DNA from: Chrysochromulina tobinii
Lineage: Eukaryota
Reading direction: 5' to 3'
NCBI GenBank assembly: GCA_001275005.1
Contig: JWZX01003182.1
Coordinates: 1-56,670, forward strand
DNA length: 56,670 bases
In this document: positions 22,442 to 34,760 of the stretch, piece after piece
Numbering within the stretch: position 1 is the stretch's first letter
How the letters are laid out: each line of letters begins with the position of its first letter
Notes under the pieces: model-generated
Seen by the model: only the letters and a program-made list of their open reading frames with translations
Database searches by the model: none
What the model was told of the DNA's origin: nothing
Program-made: the position numbers and the translations under genes

Positions 22442-22845
22442 CGATATTCATACCGGTACCGGTAAAAAGACACCGGGGGGAGCCGGGACACACACGAGAC
22501 ACACGGGACACGCGGACGCACAAAGGCACACAGACGAATCTCACAACCAACCAAACCCACCAACAACACACACCCCGCACGTCAGCGCGACAACCGAAGC
22601 CGCGGCCGACTCAACAGCCGCAAGCCCGAAGCCGACCGCTCCCCGGTACCGGTAAAAAGCCGCCGGTACTGTTCATCACCTCCTCGCTCCTGTCGCCTGT
22701 GAACGCACACTGCCGAGAGGAGACTAACGCTCCTGGTACACACCAAAATCTTTTTCGACTGACTGACGAGACTCTGCCGGCGTTCCAGCCGCGCTGGAGG
22801 CACCCTAATCAATCTCCATCGGCCCGTGTCCGTCGGCACCCATCG

Positions 22846-24693
22846 ATGCGCCGCAACGCCCAGCTGCGCTTGTCCCAGCAGCAGCTGCGCCGCTGGGTGC
22901 GCAGCAAGAGCGAGATCTCCGGCATAGGCACGTACGAGGCCGTGCTCCCCAACAAGGCCGAGGCCGACGCCGGCAAGCCTAACAAGTACTCGGCTGTCAT
23001 CACGCAGCGCAAGACGCAGGGCGCGGGTCAGGCGCAGCTCTTCGCGACGGACGTGGGAAAGGTTCCGCAGGGCATGAGCAAGCCGCAGGTCGGCATCGCG
23101 TCTGTGTGGTGGGAGGGCAATCCGTGCAACATGCACCTGCTCGATCTCGCGCAGGTCGCCAAGGAGAAGTGCTTGGAGCGCGGCCTGATCGGCCTGCGCT
23201 TCAACAGCATCGGCGTGAGCGACGGGATCAGCAACGGCACCGACGGCATGGCCTACTCGCTGCAGAGCCGCGATCTGATCGCGGATGGCATCGAGACGGT
23301 CATGGGCGCGCAGTACTACGACGCCAACATCTCGATCCCGGGGTGCGATAAGAACATGCCTGGCTGCATCATGGCGATGGCGCGCTTCAACCGTCCGAGC
23401 GTGATGGTATACGGCGGCACGATCCGCGCGGGCTGCCGGCCAAACATGGACGAAAAGCTCGACATCATTTCCGCGTTCCAGGCCTACGGCGAGTTTGTCG
23501 CGGGCAAGATCGACGACAGCACACGGCTGGACGTGGTTCGCTCGTCGTGTCCAGGCCCGGGCGCGTGCGGTGGCATGTACACGGCGAACACGATGGCGTC
23601 GGCGATCGAGGCGCTCGGCATGTCCGTGCCGTACTCGTCTTCCATCCCGGCATGGCTCCCCTCGGCAAACAACGGCCAGGGTGGGCTCCACCCCGAAAAG
23701 ACGGATGAGGTGGAGCGCGCGGTGGCAGCGCTGGAGCATTGCATCAAGCACGACATCAAGCCGCGGGACATCATGACGAAGGCGGCCTTCGAGAACGCGG
23801 TGCGCTTCATCATGGTCACCGGCGGCAGCACCAACGCCACCATTCACATCATCGCGATGGCGCGCTCTGCGGGCGTCGATTTCACTCTCAAGGATTTCCG
23901 TCGCATCTCCGCCGAGACGCCCTTCATCGCGGATCTGAAGCCGAGCGGCAAGTACGTGATGGAGGACCTGCATAAGGTAGGTGGCACGCCCGCGGTGCTC
24001 AAGTACATGCTCGAGAAGGGCTACCTGGACGGCAGCTGCCTCACGGTGACGGGCAAGACGATGGCTGAGAACCTCGCGCCGCTGCCCGGCCTTGCCAAAG
24101 GGCAGATGGTGATCGGAACGTTCGAGAAGCCTGTCAAGGCGACTGGGCACATAGCTATCCTCGAGGGCAACCTGGCACCCGAAGGCGCCGTTGGCAAGAT
24201 CACGGGCAAAGAGGGCACCTCGTTCCAGGGACCCGCGCGCTGCTTCGATGCGGAGGAGGACATGATGGCGGCGGTGCTAGCCGACCGCGAATCGCTCAAG
24301 GGCTGCGTGATCGTCATTCGGTACGAGGGGCCCAAGGGTGGTCCAGGGATGAAGGAGATGCTCAACCCGACGTCGGTTGTCATGGGCGCGGGCCTCGGGC
24401 AGGACGTGGCCCTCATCACCGATGGACGCTTCTCGGGCGGCTCCCACGGCTTCTGCGTCGGCCACGTGGCACCGGAAGCGCAGGTGGGTGGACCTATCGC
24501 GCTCGTCAAGGATGGCGACATTATCCGCATTGACGCGAACGACCTGAGCATCTCGGTCCATATCTCGGACGCGGAGATGGCGAAGCGCCGCGCCGCCTTC
24601 GTGCCGCCACCGTACAAGTACACGCGCGGCACCATGTACCGGTACATTAAGACCGTCTCGTCGGCACAGCACGGTTGCGTCACCGACGAGTGA
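22846..24693 (+). CDS. ilvD: Dihydroxy-acid dehydratase, with a likely mitochondrial presequence
   Basis: [61 protein letters not shown]. Arg-rich N-terminus from ATG 22846. Confidence 0.97.
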   Translation: MRRNAQLRLSQQQLRRWVRSKSEISGIGTYEAVLPNKAEADAGKPNKYSAVITQRKTQGAGQAQLFATDVGKVPQGMSKPQVGIASVWWEGNPCNMHLLDLAQVAKEKCLERGLIGLRFNSIGVSDGISNGTDGMAYSLQSRDLIADGIETVMGAQYYDANISIPGCDKNMPGCIMAMARFNRPSVMVYGGTIRAGCRPNMDEKLDIISAFQAYGEFVAGKIDDSTRLDVVRSSCPGPGACGGMYTANTMASAIEALGMSVPYSSSIPAWLPSANNGQGGLHPEKTDEVERAVAALEHCIKHDIKPRDIMTKAAFENAVRFIMVTGGSTNATIHIIAMARSAGVDFTLKDFRRISAETPFIADLKPSGKYVMEDLHKVGGTPAVLKYMLEKGYLDGSCLTVTGKTMAENLAPLPGLAKGQMVIGTFEKPVKATGHIAILEGNLAPEGAVGKITGKEGTSFQGPARCFDAEEDMMAAVLADRESLKGCVIVIRYEGPKGGPGMKEMLNPTSVVMGAGLGQDVALITDGRFSGGSHGFCVGHVAPEAQVGGPIALVKDGDIIRIDANDLSISVHISDAEMAKRRAAFVPPPYKYTRGTMYRYIKTVSSAQHGCVTDE

Positions 24694-25251
24694 GAGCGGG
24701 GCTAGGAGCTCTGCAACCCTGCAAGCAGCCGCGGAGTGGTGGATGCGGAGCAGGGTCGCGTGACTTACTTAGTGTCCGCGTGAGGCCTGCCAGGCCACAC
24801 CCTGTCCCGGGTGCATGCAACTGCATGCATTCACCTAAACGTGTACACGTGTACACCAAATCGCGGAATGTGTGGGAAATGGTTCGGGCGCGAGGCCGTA
24901 ATTTGTTGTGCAGTAAGATTCACTGGTTGCAGAGTGACTCGGCCGGGGAACATTATGTTAACATGATGTGTACTTCTTCTACTCGTCTAATTGCTTCTAT
25001 CTTCTTCCCGCGAGCCGCGACCCGCGTGCTGGAGACACGGAGCTCGGAGGGTGACACGCGATGCACGATGGGCTCACACGGGCTAAGCCACCTACTGGGG
25101 CGGCCGCGCCCGTGCACCCTGCACGCGGTGTCTTACGCATCTGGTGAACGGAGGGAGAGAGAGCGAGTGGGGACTGTTTTTACTTTGGGTGAACGGTGAC
25201 CAGAGAGCCTTCCATTTTAGGTCGGCCAAGGAATCCGCAAGACGCCGCAAG

Positions 25252-28200
25252 ATGGCCTTTCCTGCTGCCCCCTCGGTCCCACGATCCGCGCAGAAGCATG
25301 CTTTGGGGGGCGGCCTTCTGAACGTGTACAGCTCCGGAGGCCTCATCGAAGGCGAAGATTTTCTGGTCCACGTGCAGAATACCGACAAGGACAACCTGCT
25401 CCAGGTCGACTTAGACTTCTCTAGCTCGAGCAACCTGGAAGTCAAGGGCCAGCGCGGGCTTCGCGTTCGTGCCATCGTCGAGCCAGGGGTGACGATGCTC
25501 GCCGCCAAGCTCGAGCCAGCCACCAAGGGGAGAGGCTACGCGCTCTCGTGGACCGTAGGCTACAAGCAGCTGCCACCCGATCCGAGGCTGGTGGAGCAGA
25601 AGCTTGCGAATCAGCGCGATCGCATTGGCAAGGGCCTCGATGAGATGCTAGCACTGCATTACGCACTGCACGCAAAGGGACTTGATCCGTTCAATGAGCG
25701 CGTGGTGCGCGAGGCACTCAGGGATGACGGCGACGTGACCAACTCTGCGATCGACCTCTTCTTTCCGCCCGTCGCCCGCTCCATCGGCAACAGTACGAGC
25801 GCCCATGCGTGGCGTCGGGCCGTCGAGATCCTCCACGACGATCCCACGACAGACAAGGACGAGACAGCCGTCTTCTTCCAGTCCGTCAATGCCAGCGACA
25901 TTGTGCAGGGCGAGCTCGGCAACTGCTGGTTCCTGTCCGCGCTTGCCTCCCTGGTAGAGTTCCCGGAGATGGTCGACAGACTCTTCTGCACGGCGTGGCC
26001 GAAGAGCGTCGCGGCGGCGCGCAGGGCGGCCAAGCCCATGTACGACGACCAGGGCCTCTACAAGCTCCGCTTCTGCATGCACGGCCAGTGGATGGACGTG
26101 CTTATTGATGATTACTTTCCATGTAAGGGTCCGATGCAGGGGCCAGTCTTCTCGCGCGCTCATGGACCCGAGCTGTGGGTCATGCTGGTGGAGAAGGCGT
26201 ACGCGAAGCTGCAGGGCTCGTACTGGAACTGCCGGCTCGGGCTACCCAATGAAGGGCTGCTCGATCTGACGGGAGCTCCCACGATCCGCCTGCGATTTGA
26301 CGAAACCCAGGTGAGCTTCGATGACTTTTGGAGTTGGGACCGCAACTCGTGCGTCGTGTGCGCGAGCACGCCGGGGCTGGACACGTTCACCGAGGGGGGA
26401 GGGGCCACAGAGGCGCACGGCCTCGTGCCTGGCCACGCGTACACCGTCGTCCAAGCGCGCAGAATCGGCCGAGGCAAGTACGCAGGCGCGGAGGTGCTTC
26501 AGGTGCGAAACCCTTGGGGCAAGTTTGAATGGGGCGGGGCTTGGTCGGACAAGTCGCGCGAGATGGAGGCATGCAGGGCGGAGCTGGAGGACGACGGGAT
26601 CGAGACCAATGACGGCGATGAGGAGAATGACGGCATGTTCTGGATGTCCTTTGAGGACTTCAAGCGCCTCTTCGCCTCCGTCTCCGTGTGCGCTCTGCAC
26701 GTGCTGCAACCCGGCTCGACGCTCGCCAACCCCAAGACCCTTTCCAAGCTGCCCGAGACGCGTAACCTGCCGCCTAACCGGGGCAGTGGCCCGCGCTACG
26801 TGCCCCCGCGCAACGGGCGCCGCTCGGTCAAGCAGGCGGCACGGATGGATCCGCAGCTGTGGAATGAGGTGAGTGCCCATGATTGCCCTAATTGAGCACG
26901 ATTGCATCCTCCCCTCGATCACGGCGGCCCTCTCCCCCTGCTCCCCCCACCCACAGAGCCGCGTCAAGTCCCTCTTTGATGCAAGCAGCCTGCTCGACCC
27001 GCGTCTGCGGCCGGCCCACTGCTTCCAGTTCACGGTGCCGGCGCCCGACTCGGTCTTCGAAGTCAATGAACAACTCTTCTTCACCCTCTCGCAAGTGGAT
27101 GATCGCTCGCCCTTGTCGCCCGGCCATTTAGACGTCGGCCTCGTCCTCTATCGCATCGAGAGAGGCGGGCGACTGACAGAGATCGCTTTCCAAAAAGGGG
27201 TGAGTGTCTCTGCTACAACCGAGAGCAGTTCCTCGCGTCCCGCCCCTTCTTCCTCCAGAGTCTGACAGCGCCTGGCCCACGCCCTGGGCCCATGGCCTCT
27301 CATAACGTTGCCTGCCCAATCTCCCCGCCCACGCGCAGGATGCCAGCCGCAACTTATTGCTCGAGACTTACCTCGAACCGGGCGAGTACGTGGTGGTGCC
27401 CATCACTGGCGGGGTGCGCCCCGCGCCGCCGAGCACTGTCGCCAAGATCGCTCCTGTCGACGGCGACCCGCTGCTGCCCGAGTCCAACTGCCCCGTCTCC
27501 GCCTCCGTGTACTACGCGCTGCGCCGCATCTTCTTCGCGCTCGACCAGGACCTTGACGGTCTTCTCGGGCCTGCGGACCTCGCACTGCCCACGGCGGCGC
27601 CCTTTGTGGACGCCTGCAAGATAGACATCATCTCGGCCGAGGGGGAGCCAATGCAGCCGGGGTGCATGCTCAAGCTGAGCGCATTTGTGGCCCAATCGGG
27701 CGGTATCCAGCTAGAGACACTCGCCCTGGTGCTCCTCATGGCATGGGGCGGCCCCAAATCCGCGCAATGGACGACGCTCTTCAGCGCCATGGGCTACGAT
27801 CATCAGCTCAACCCTACCAACGCCCATCTCCCGTTCGTGCTTGCGCTGCACGCATCGCAGTCGGTCAAGCTGCGCCGGTGCAAGCTGGACGCGAGCGTGT
27901 ACGATCGCATCCTGTGCACCTATTGCAAGAGGCACGGCCACCAGCAGCGGATGGGGACTGCTTCGGTCTACGCGCTTGCCACGGGCAGTGGCGCGATCTT
28001 CGTCGGCGACAACACGGGCGTCGCGCCTGCGAGCATCACCGTCGACTGCGCGGGCTCGTACAACGTGGCCGGCCATGACGACTCACTGCAGGCCACGGGC
28101 ACACTCGCCCCGCCGCCAGCCGGGCAGAAGAGCGAGGGTGCACCGCAATTTCTGCTGGCGCTCGCGCACAGGAACGTGGACGACTCCTTCTCATGGACGT

Positions 28201-30515
28201 ATCGCTGCCAGGCGGTTGGCGCACAGCCGGCGCTGAGTGGCCCTCGGGCGCCAACGATGCCGCTGGGTACGGTTCTCGAACTGATCGTCTTCCCGGAGGA
28301 CATCCCCGCCGAGGAGGCCGCGCTCGAGGCGGCAGCGGCGGCGGCGGCGGAGAGGCAGGAATCGGGGCTGCAGGTGCGCGAGTCCGAGACCCTCGAGCTG
28401 AATACGGCCTATGAGGAGACGGCCATGGAAGACGGCGCAATCCGAGCGCTGCCTCGTGCGCTCCCAACGAAGCCGCTGAAGCGGGCCGTCGGAGCTCTCA
28501 GCGCCTTGGGCCTCCTGAAGCCGAAACCGCCGACGTCAGGTGGGCCGAGTCGGGAGGAGAGTGACAGATTGAAGCTGGCGCGCGATGCTCAAGCCCTCTT
28601 GAGAGGGACGCCGTCGGCGCCTGCAACTGCAGTGGGGCCTTCGGCCGCGCGTCCGATGGAGCACACGATGGAGCACACGATGGTCGATTCCTGGGTCGCC
28701 CGGGTCATGGCGCCGGCGATGGCGCCGGCGATGGCGCCGACGGACACGCGGCCGCTGGCCTCGACGTCCTCAGGTGCAATGCTCGCGCACGACGGCGGGC
28801 GCGCCCCTCTCACGAAGCGTGTGGAAGAGGCGCAAGCAGCGGACGACATGGAGCCGCTGCTGCTGCTTGCCATCCAGACCGAAGAAGGCAAACCACCCAA
28901 TGAGTGGCGGCGCGCGAACGTGGACGCCCTCTCCCAGATTGCATGCAGCCACTACCACTCGGTGGCGCTCGGCAAGGACGGCACCACCTTCTCATGGGGT
29001 CGCGGCCCGTACGGTGTGCTTGGGCACGGGTCGGAAGACGACGAGCCGTGTGCACGACCCATTGCCGCGCTCAAGGGCGAGAGGGTCCAGAGCGTGGCAG
29101 CTGGCCCGTACAATAGCGCAGCACTCACCGCCGACGGCAAGGTGCTGCTGTGGGGCTGGCACCCACTTGCGACGCTCGAGGAGGGCATCATCCATGAGAC
29201 CTTCCACTCGACGCCCGTCCGCGTCGCCGTGCCGCTTCACACGAGGATCATCGGTGCGGCGTGCGGCTGCTTTGGAGTCGCCGTGTGGGATGAACGTGGG
29301 CGCGTGTACACGTGGGGGCGGGGCGATTCGGGACAGCTCGGCCATGGCAATCTCGAGAGCGTGGCGCTGCCGCGGCCTATTGAGACGCTCGAAGGCGTCG
29401 CGATCGACCAGTGCGCCTTTGGCGGCAACGACGTCGAGGGCGAGCACACAGGCTTTCTGCTCCTAGCGAGCACCTCGGGTGCGCTCTTCAGCTGCGGCAG
29501 CCCGTCCCGCGGCCAGCTAGGGCGCACATACTCCTCCGGCGTGGACAGTCCGGACAACCTTCTTAGGCGCACAACGGTCGACATTGGGAGCGCCGCGCCG
29601 GTCCACCACGCGCTGCCTGGTCAGGTGCTCGGTGCCCTGTACAATCCTAAGGACAGCAGCGCCGCCCCCGTGAGCAAGCTCGCCGCGTCCGACAGCCATG
29701 CGGCTGTGCTCACCGACATGGGGGAACTCTACGTGTGGGGCGCTGAACAAGTGGCCAAGTTACCCAACATGAGCGACCAGGTAGTGTCCATGGACTTGGA
29801 GGAGCCCGCGCGTGTCCCAGACTGCCCGGAGCTAGTGGACGTTGTCTGCGCGGCGCACGTGACGCTCGGGCGCACGTCAAGAGGCGAGGCCTGGCTCATT
29901 GGCGGCGAGCGCGGGGCCGCTGGATTGCCCCGGCGCATGCAGCTGCCTGGGGCCTGCGTCGCCCTCTATGGTGGCGGGTTCTACTTGGGTGTCGCGGTGG
30001 ATTTGAACGTCGAGCCGGGCGAGCTACCGGTACCGCTGGCAGCGGCAGCTGTACTTGGCGCGAGCACGAGCGCGAGCACGGCTCGGATGCGGCAGGCGGA
30101 GGAGTTGCTGGTCGCGGCAGGCCTGCCTGCCGAGCTGGCCGAGTCCGTCGAGCCAGGACTCGCGTCGCTACTGCTCGCGGACGTGGGCCAAGCAACCCCC
30201 GATTGCCTCCGGCACGAGCTGCGCCTGCTGCGCGACTTGCTGCGTGTGGAGAAGGACAAGCTGCACCGGCTGGTGCAGGGCGACAAGGATGGCGAGCTGC
30301 CGCCCTCGGCAGGCACCTGGACCGATCAGCAGGGGCGACGTGCAGGCACGCAGGCTCATTTTGTTGAGCCGAAGGGGGACCACCGCGAGATGTCACTTCG
30401 CAAGCCGCCCAGGGCCAAGTACGTGATGCGTGCGGCGGAGACTATCAAATTGTACCCGCGCAAGAACGGCACGCTCTCGTCTGCCTCGCGGGCAGATAAT
30501 GTCACCTGGGCCTGA
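25252..30515 (+). CDS. Calpain-family cysteine protease fused to RCC1 repeats (exons 25252-26868, 26957-27199, 27339-30515)
   Basis: Catalytic triad QGELGNCWFLSAL, GHAY, RNPWG. Domain-III-like LEPGEYVVVP. RCC1 repeats such as HSVALGKDGTTFSWGRGPYGVLGHG and VYTWGRGDSGQLGHG. Introns 26869-26956 and 27200-27338 (gtgagt...cag) are both phase 0 and keep the frame. Confidence 0.9.
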
Positions 30516-30916
30516 ACCCCGCTTGGAGCGCGAGCAGCGAGGAGCACATGTGGAGCGAGCGTAACGGGCATGATCACATTCGCACGAGGCACGTGCAGAG
30601 AGGAGGGTGACGCAGAGAGGAGGGCTGTGCAGGGAGTCCGATCTCCGATGAGGACCAGGCTACAGATTCACATCTGAAATGTGAAATCTGTCAGTAAGCC
30701 TTAAAGCGATTAGCCCCCGTTGGCCTACCTTATATTTCACCATTGCCTCTAGTCACTGGCTCAGGCCTCATCCTGTCAAGATCTAGTTATCAAGACAACT
30801 ACGTATGGTACTGGGAAGACACGGAAAGTTTCTCAGGCCACAAGTAATAAAAGAACTACAAGCGTGAAAAGCTCACAGGATTGGACCAAAGTGCGCCACA
30901 GGCTGCGACGCCCGCG

Positions 30917-32110
30917 ATGCCTCCCGCCGTGGCCAAAAGCGACACCAAAGTGAAAAAGGACGACAGCAAGAAGGCAATCCCCAAGGCCACTCCGAGCATC
31001 GACACCGGCGCCGTCAGCAATACTACTGGCAAGAAGCAGACTGGGCAGACTCCTCGAGGCAAGGGCAAGACTGAGGAGACTCCACGTGGTGGTGCAAAGA
31101 CGGGCAAGGACTCGCGGAAGGTGCCCGATTCCGCGCGTACGAAAGCGAGCAAGAAACCATCCAGTCCGACGACCGTATACGAAAGCGAAAGCGGCCGTAT
31201 ACTGGAGGATAATACTGAAAGCGTGGATGCCGGCCCCGCCGAACCAGTAAAAGGGCTGCTTTCGGCCCCAGCAGCGGCGCCGGTCGCAGTGGCTGCGAAC
31301 CCGTCCGCGGCCGCGGACATGGTGGCAGAGCTGGCACTGGCATTTGTACCCGCCAGCGCGGTTGAGACGGCGACCCTCAAGCAGCTCCTCGCGGAGCGCA
31401 CTGAGCTCGCCACCAAGGAGGCAGAGCGGGCGGCGGCGCTCGAGCAGCGCGCCATCACGGCTGAGAGGAAGCTGGCCGCAGCGCTCGCGTCCACGAGTGC
31501 GGCGGCGCTGGCGGCGGCGGAGGAGCGTGCCGCCATGGCGGAGGCCGCCTTCGAGTCGATGAAAGCACTACTCGAAGAGGCGGAGACAAAGATTGGTCAG
31601 CTCGGTATGAGTCTGCCCAAGTTGGCGAGCCCACCCATACGGGCACCCGCGGCGCGCACCCCCGTAGGAGGACAACCGCCACTCCCGCCGCCGCCGGCCG
31701 CCCCGTCGCCCCGTCCCGATGAGGGAGGCAGTGAGGGAGGCGCCGAGTCGGGCGTGTACGGCGAGGAGCATGCCCGTGCGGCCGTCCGCGTGCAGGCGGT
31801 ACAGCGCGGGCGCTCCTCGCGTAGCGTGCTTCGTCTGGAGGCCGGGGGCTCCCCCGCGACGCCGCGCTCGGGTCCGGCGTCGATCGCGCTGCCCGAGTAT
31901 ACGGCGGAGCAGACGGCCGCGGCGACGAAGGTGCAAGCGCTCACGCGAGGGCGATCGGCGCGCCTCAACCTCGCCTACATGCAGCCGGCAGAGCGTCCGC
32001 GACCCGCGGTAGACGAGGATGACGGCCCATATAACGTGAGCATCGAGATGGTCTCGGGGGAGGATGGCGTCGAGGAGCTCAAAGTCAAGGTGACGATCTT
32101 TTCAGAGTAA
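30917..32110 (+). CDS. IQ-motif (calmodulin-binding-like) coiled-coil protein
   Basis: AAVRVQAVQRGRSSR and AATKVQALTRGRSAR, with a Lys-rich N-terminus and an Ala/Glu coiled coil. Confidence 0.72.
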   Translation: MPPAVAKSDTKVKKDDSKKAIPKATPSIDTGAVSNTTGKKQTGQTPRGKGKTEETPRGGAKTGKDSRKVPDSARTKASKKPSSPTTVYESESGRILEDNTESVDAGPAEPVKGLLSAPAAAPVAVAANPSAAADMVAELALAFVPASAVETATLKQLLAERTELATKEAERAAALEQRAITAERKLAAALASTSAAALAAAEERAAMAEAAFESMKALLEEAETKIGQLGMSLPKLASPPIRAPAARTPVGGQPPLPPPPAAPSPRPDEGGSEGGAESGVYGEEHARAAVRVQAVQRGRSSRSVLRLEAGGSPATPRSGPASIALPEYTAEQTAAATKVQALTRGRSARLNLAYMQPAERPRPAVDEDDGPYNVSIEMVSGEDGVEELKVKVTIFSE

Positions 32111-32322
32111 TCTGTAATGCGCGAGACACACACAGCTCTATGGAATCTGCATCACTCAGTACATGTATAAGCTGTGTGTGAATGTTGGTCAGCCTGATGA
32201 TATTCCCTATTCTGCATTGTGGTTTAAGGTCTGAGAAGGGGCGTCCGTGGAAGTTCCGTTGGAAGGAATACGGTAGGATTCCTTTTTTGGCGCGTCTTCA
32301 CAGTCGGTCTTCAACAAGAAAA

Positions 32323-33430
32323 ATGCCGCCGAAGTACAAGGCCAACGCCGAGACCGCTTCCGCCAGCCCATCCAAGAAGGCCAAGAAGGCCATCGAGGAG
32401 GAGGAGGAGGTCGCCGATGCCGAGCCTCCTCCCGCGTGCACGTCACCTTCTGCTGCTGATGCGGCGAGCTCCATCGTGGCGAAGGCAAGTAAGATCACGG
32501 CGGGGGGCAAAGGCGATCGCCGCGGGCACGGCCGATGCCGTGACACGCACACCCACGGTGCGCAAGCCGCACGTCGAGGGCGGGCTCGTGATGGTCCACT
32601 GGAACGTGGGCGGGCTCAACGGGCTGCTCACCGGCAAGAGCGCCGAGGAGCGCAAGGCGCTGCTCAAGGATCTTGTTGACAAGGAACGGCCTGACGTGCT
32701 CGCCTTATCGGAGCACAAGCTGCAGCAGAAGAATGTAGCGGCGGCCGAGAAGGCGCTTCTCGAGCTCCTCCCCGGCTATGCTGCCCACTGGTGCGTCTGC
32801 ACGGCCAAGAATGGCTACTCGGGCGTCGTCGCGCTCGTGCGCAAGGGCCTGGCGCCTGCGGTGGCTCTCGACGAGGTGTGCCCGAGCTTGCACGAGGGGC
32901 GCACGATTACGCTCACCTTTGACGACGTTGTTGCAGTCCTCGCGTATGTGCCCAACTCGGGCCAGGACCTCAAGCGTCTGGACGAGCGCATCGATACGTG
33001 GGAGCCAGCGATGCGCGCGTACCTGAAGGCGAAAAGCTCGGCAACGGGCGGCGGGCCGGTGGTGCTCCTCGGCGACCTGAACGTCGCGCATCTCGACGCC
33101 GACATCTGGAACGTCGCGGCCAAGCACATCCCAAAGTCCGCAGGCTGCACGCCGCGCGAGCGCGAGGCGTTTGGGGTGCTGCTCGCCGACGGACCGTACG
33201 TCGACTGCTTCCGGCAGCTGCATCCGGATGCGCAGGGCGTCTTCTCGTACTGGTCGACGCGCTCGGGCGGCCAGCTTCTCAACCGCGGGCTGCGCCTCGA
33301 CTACGCGGTCGCGAGCGCAGCGCTCGCCAAGGAGGGCGGTCCGCTCACGCTGCACGAGTGCGCCTACATGTCCGAGTATGCGCCCAACGGAGACCACGCG
33401 CCCACGCTCGTCGCGCTCAAGCGCGTGTGA
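32323..33430 (+). CDS. APEX1: AP endonuclease (APE1/exonuclease III family); frame break near 32485-32512
   Basis: HWNVGGL, LSEHK, AYVPNSG, GDLNVAH, FSYWS, RLDY, GDHAP. A basic MPPK..KKAKK N-terminus lies in another frame. Confidence 0.9.
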
Positions 33431-33619
33431 GTGGGGCAGGGAGTTGCACGTGTGAGAGACTGTGGGAGGAGGAGGACGACGACGAGGGGACTCGAGGGAG
33501 ACCGCCCTGCACGCTTTGAGTCAGACAAAGTCACGGACTGCCCGCATGCCCCCGCTGTCGGCCAGGCATGACGGCGGGAAGCCGGGAACGAGTCTTGGTT
33601 CTCGAGAAAAGGTTACAGT

Positions 33620-33765
33620 ACCGGTGTGTCTTACCGGAACTGGTAGTCTTTTTACCGGTACCGGCTCCCCCGGTGTCTTTTTACCGGTGTGTCCCGTGTG
33701 TGTCCCGGCTCCCCCCGGTGTCTTTTTACCGGTAAGACACCGGGGGGAGTCGGGACTCACACGGG
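33620..33765. repeat. ACCGGT-rich palindromic dispersed repeat (second copy at 22457-22504)
   Basis: 33687-33734 is the reverse complement of 22457-22504 with 1 mismatch in 48 nt. 33693-33765 is an imperfect ~30-bp-arm inverted repeat. Confidence 0.9.
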
Positions 33766-33853
33766 AGCCGCGACCGCTCCTCGCGCGGGCCGACTCGGAG
33801 GAGGCCGCCCCCTGCGAACCCAGCCCAGCCGCCTCCCGCTCCCGAGCGCGGTG

Positions 33854-34760
33854 ATGGCGTTTGCGACGGTAAGACGTAATTGCGTCTCGACGACCCCCAC
33901 CGGAGTCCGCCGCCGCCGCCGCCGCCGCCGAGTGTGCCAACACCGCGGCACACGCGTGGATTTGTCTCGAGGGCGCAGTCTCTTGTGCGGCGCTGCCTGC
34001 GGCCTCGCGCCACCTCTCGCGCGCGTACACGCTGCACGCGGCGCTGGCTCGGCTAGGGTTGCTTGTGCCGGAGCCACCCTCGGCCGCATCGTGCCACAGC
34101 GACCTCTCTGCGCGATGCGCTTCGATCGATGATGGCATCGACGGAAGCCGCGTGCTACGCCTGCTTTTGCTCGGCGCGGACGAGCGCGAGGGTTGCACAC
34201 ATGCAGAGACCGCGAATGTCTTCGGGCCGCTCTGTGGCCTCCTCGCCGGCTCGCGCTGGAAGGCGCTCGAGCTGCTGCTCTGCGGACCCAACTGCCGCGG
34301 ACCACCTGGTGACACACGGTGCGTCCGCGAGGCGCTCGAGGGCGGCGCAGCCGCGCTAAGCGTGCGCTACGCGGGCGTGCCCTACCACGAGCTCACCGAG
34401 GCGGAGCTAGACCCGGGGCCGCCCACGCTGGCAGTCGCTTTTCAGGGCGGGCTGTGGGGTTACGACTCGTGGGCGCCCACGATCACGCGTGTGCTCGAAC
34501 GTGGCTGCCCGCTCCTGGTAACCAGCTACAATCTCGCTGAGGCCGAGGACGACGAGGACAGCCTGCAGACGTACGCGCCATTGGCCGCCTGGCACTGGAT
34601 GCCAGAGCCCAACCCGTGGCGCTCCCTTTTGGATGAGCGCAAACAACGTAACCGCGGCATGCCGCCGCCGCCAACGGGAGGATCGGTTGTCGAAGCGCCA
34701 GCGGAAACGCTGCACGAGAATGGCGCGTGGCAATGCCTCGCCCCTCGCCCTCGGACGTGA
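33854..34760 (+). CDS. MSS51/ZMYND15 C-terminal-like domain protein (5' end uncertain)
   Basis: LLLLGADERE, LELLLCGP, PTLAVAFQGGLWGYDSWAPTI, PLLVTSYNLAEA, PNPWRS. The frame is open from ~33874. ATG 33854 is followed by a gtaag donor at 33869, but the acceptor is uncertain. Confidence 0.65.

Noticed and set aside
22582..24150. 522-aa minus-strand ORF, and similar long antisense ORFs at 4872-6215, 38909-39901 and 51013-52293
   Set aside because: Shadows of well-supported genes on the opposite strand, expected at high GC3.
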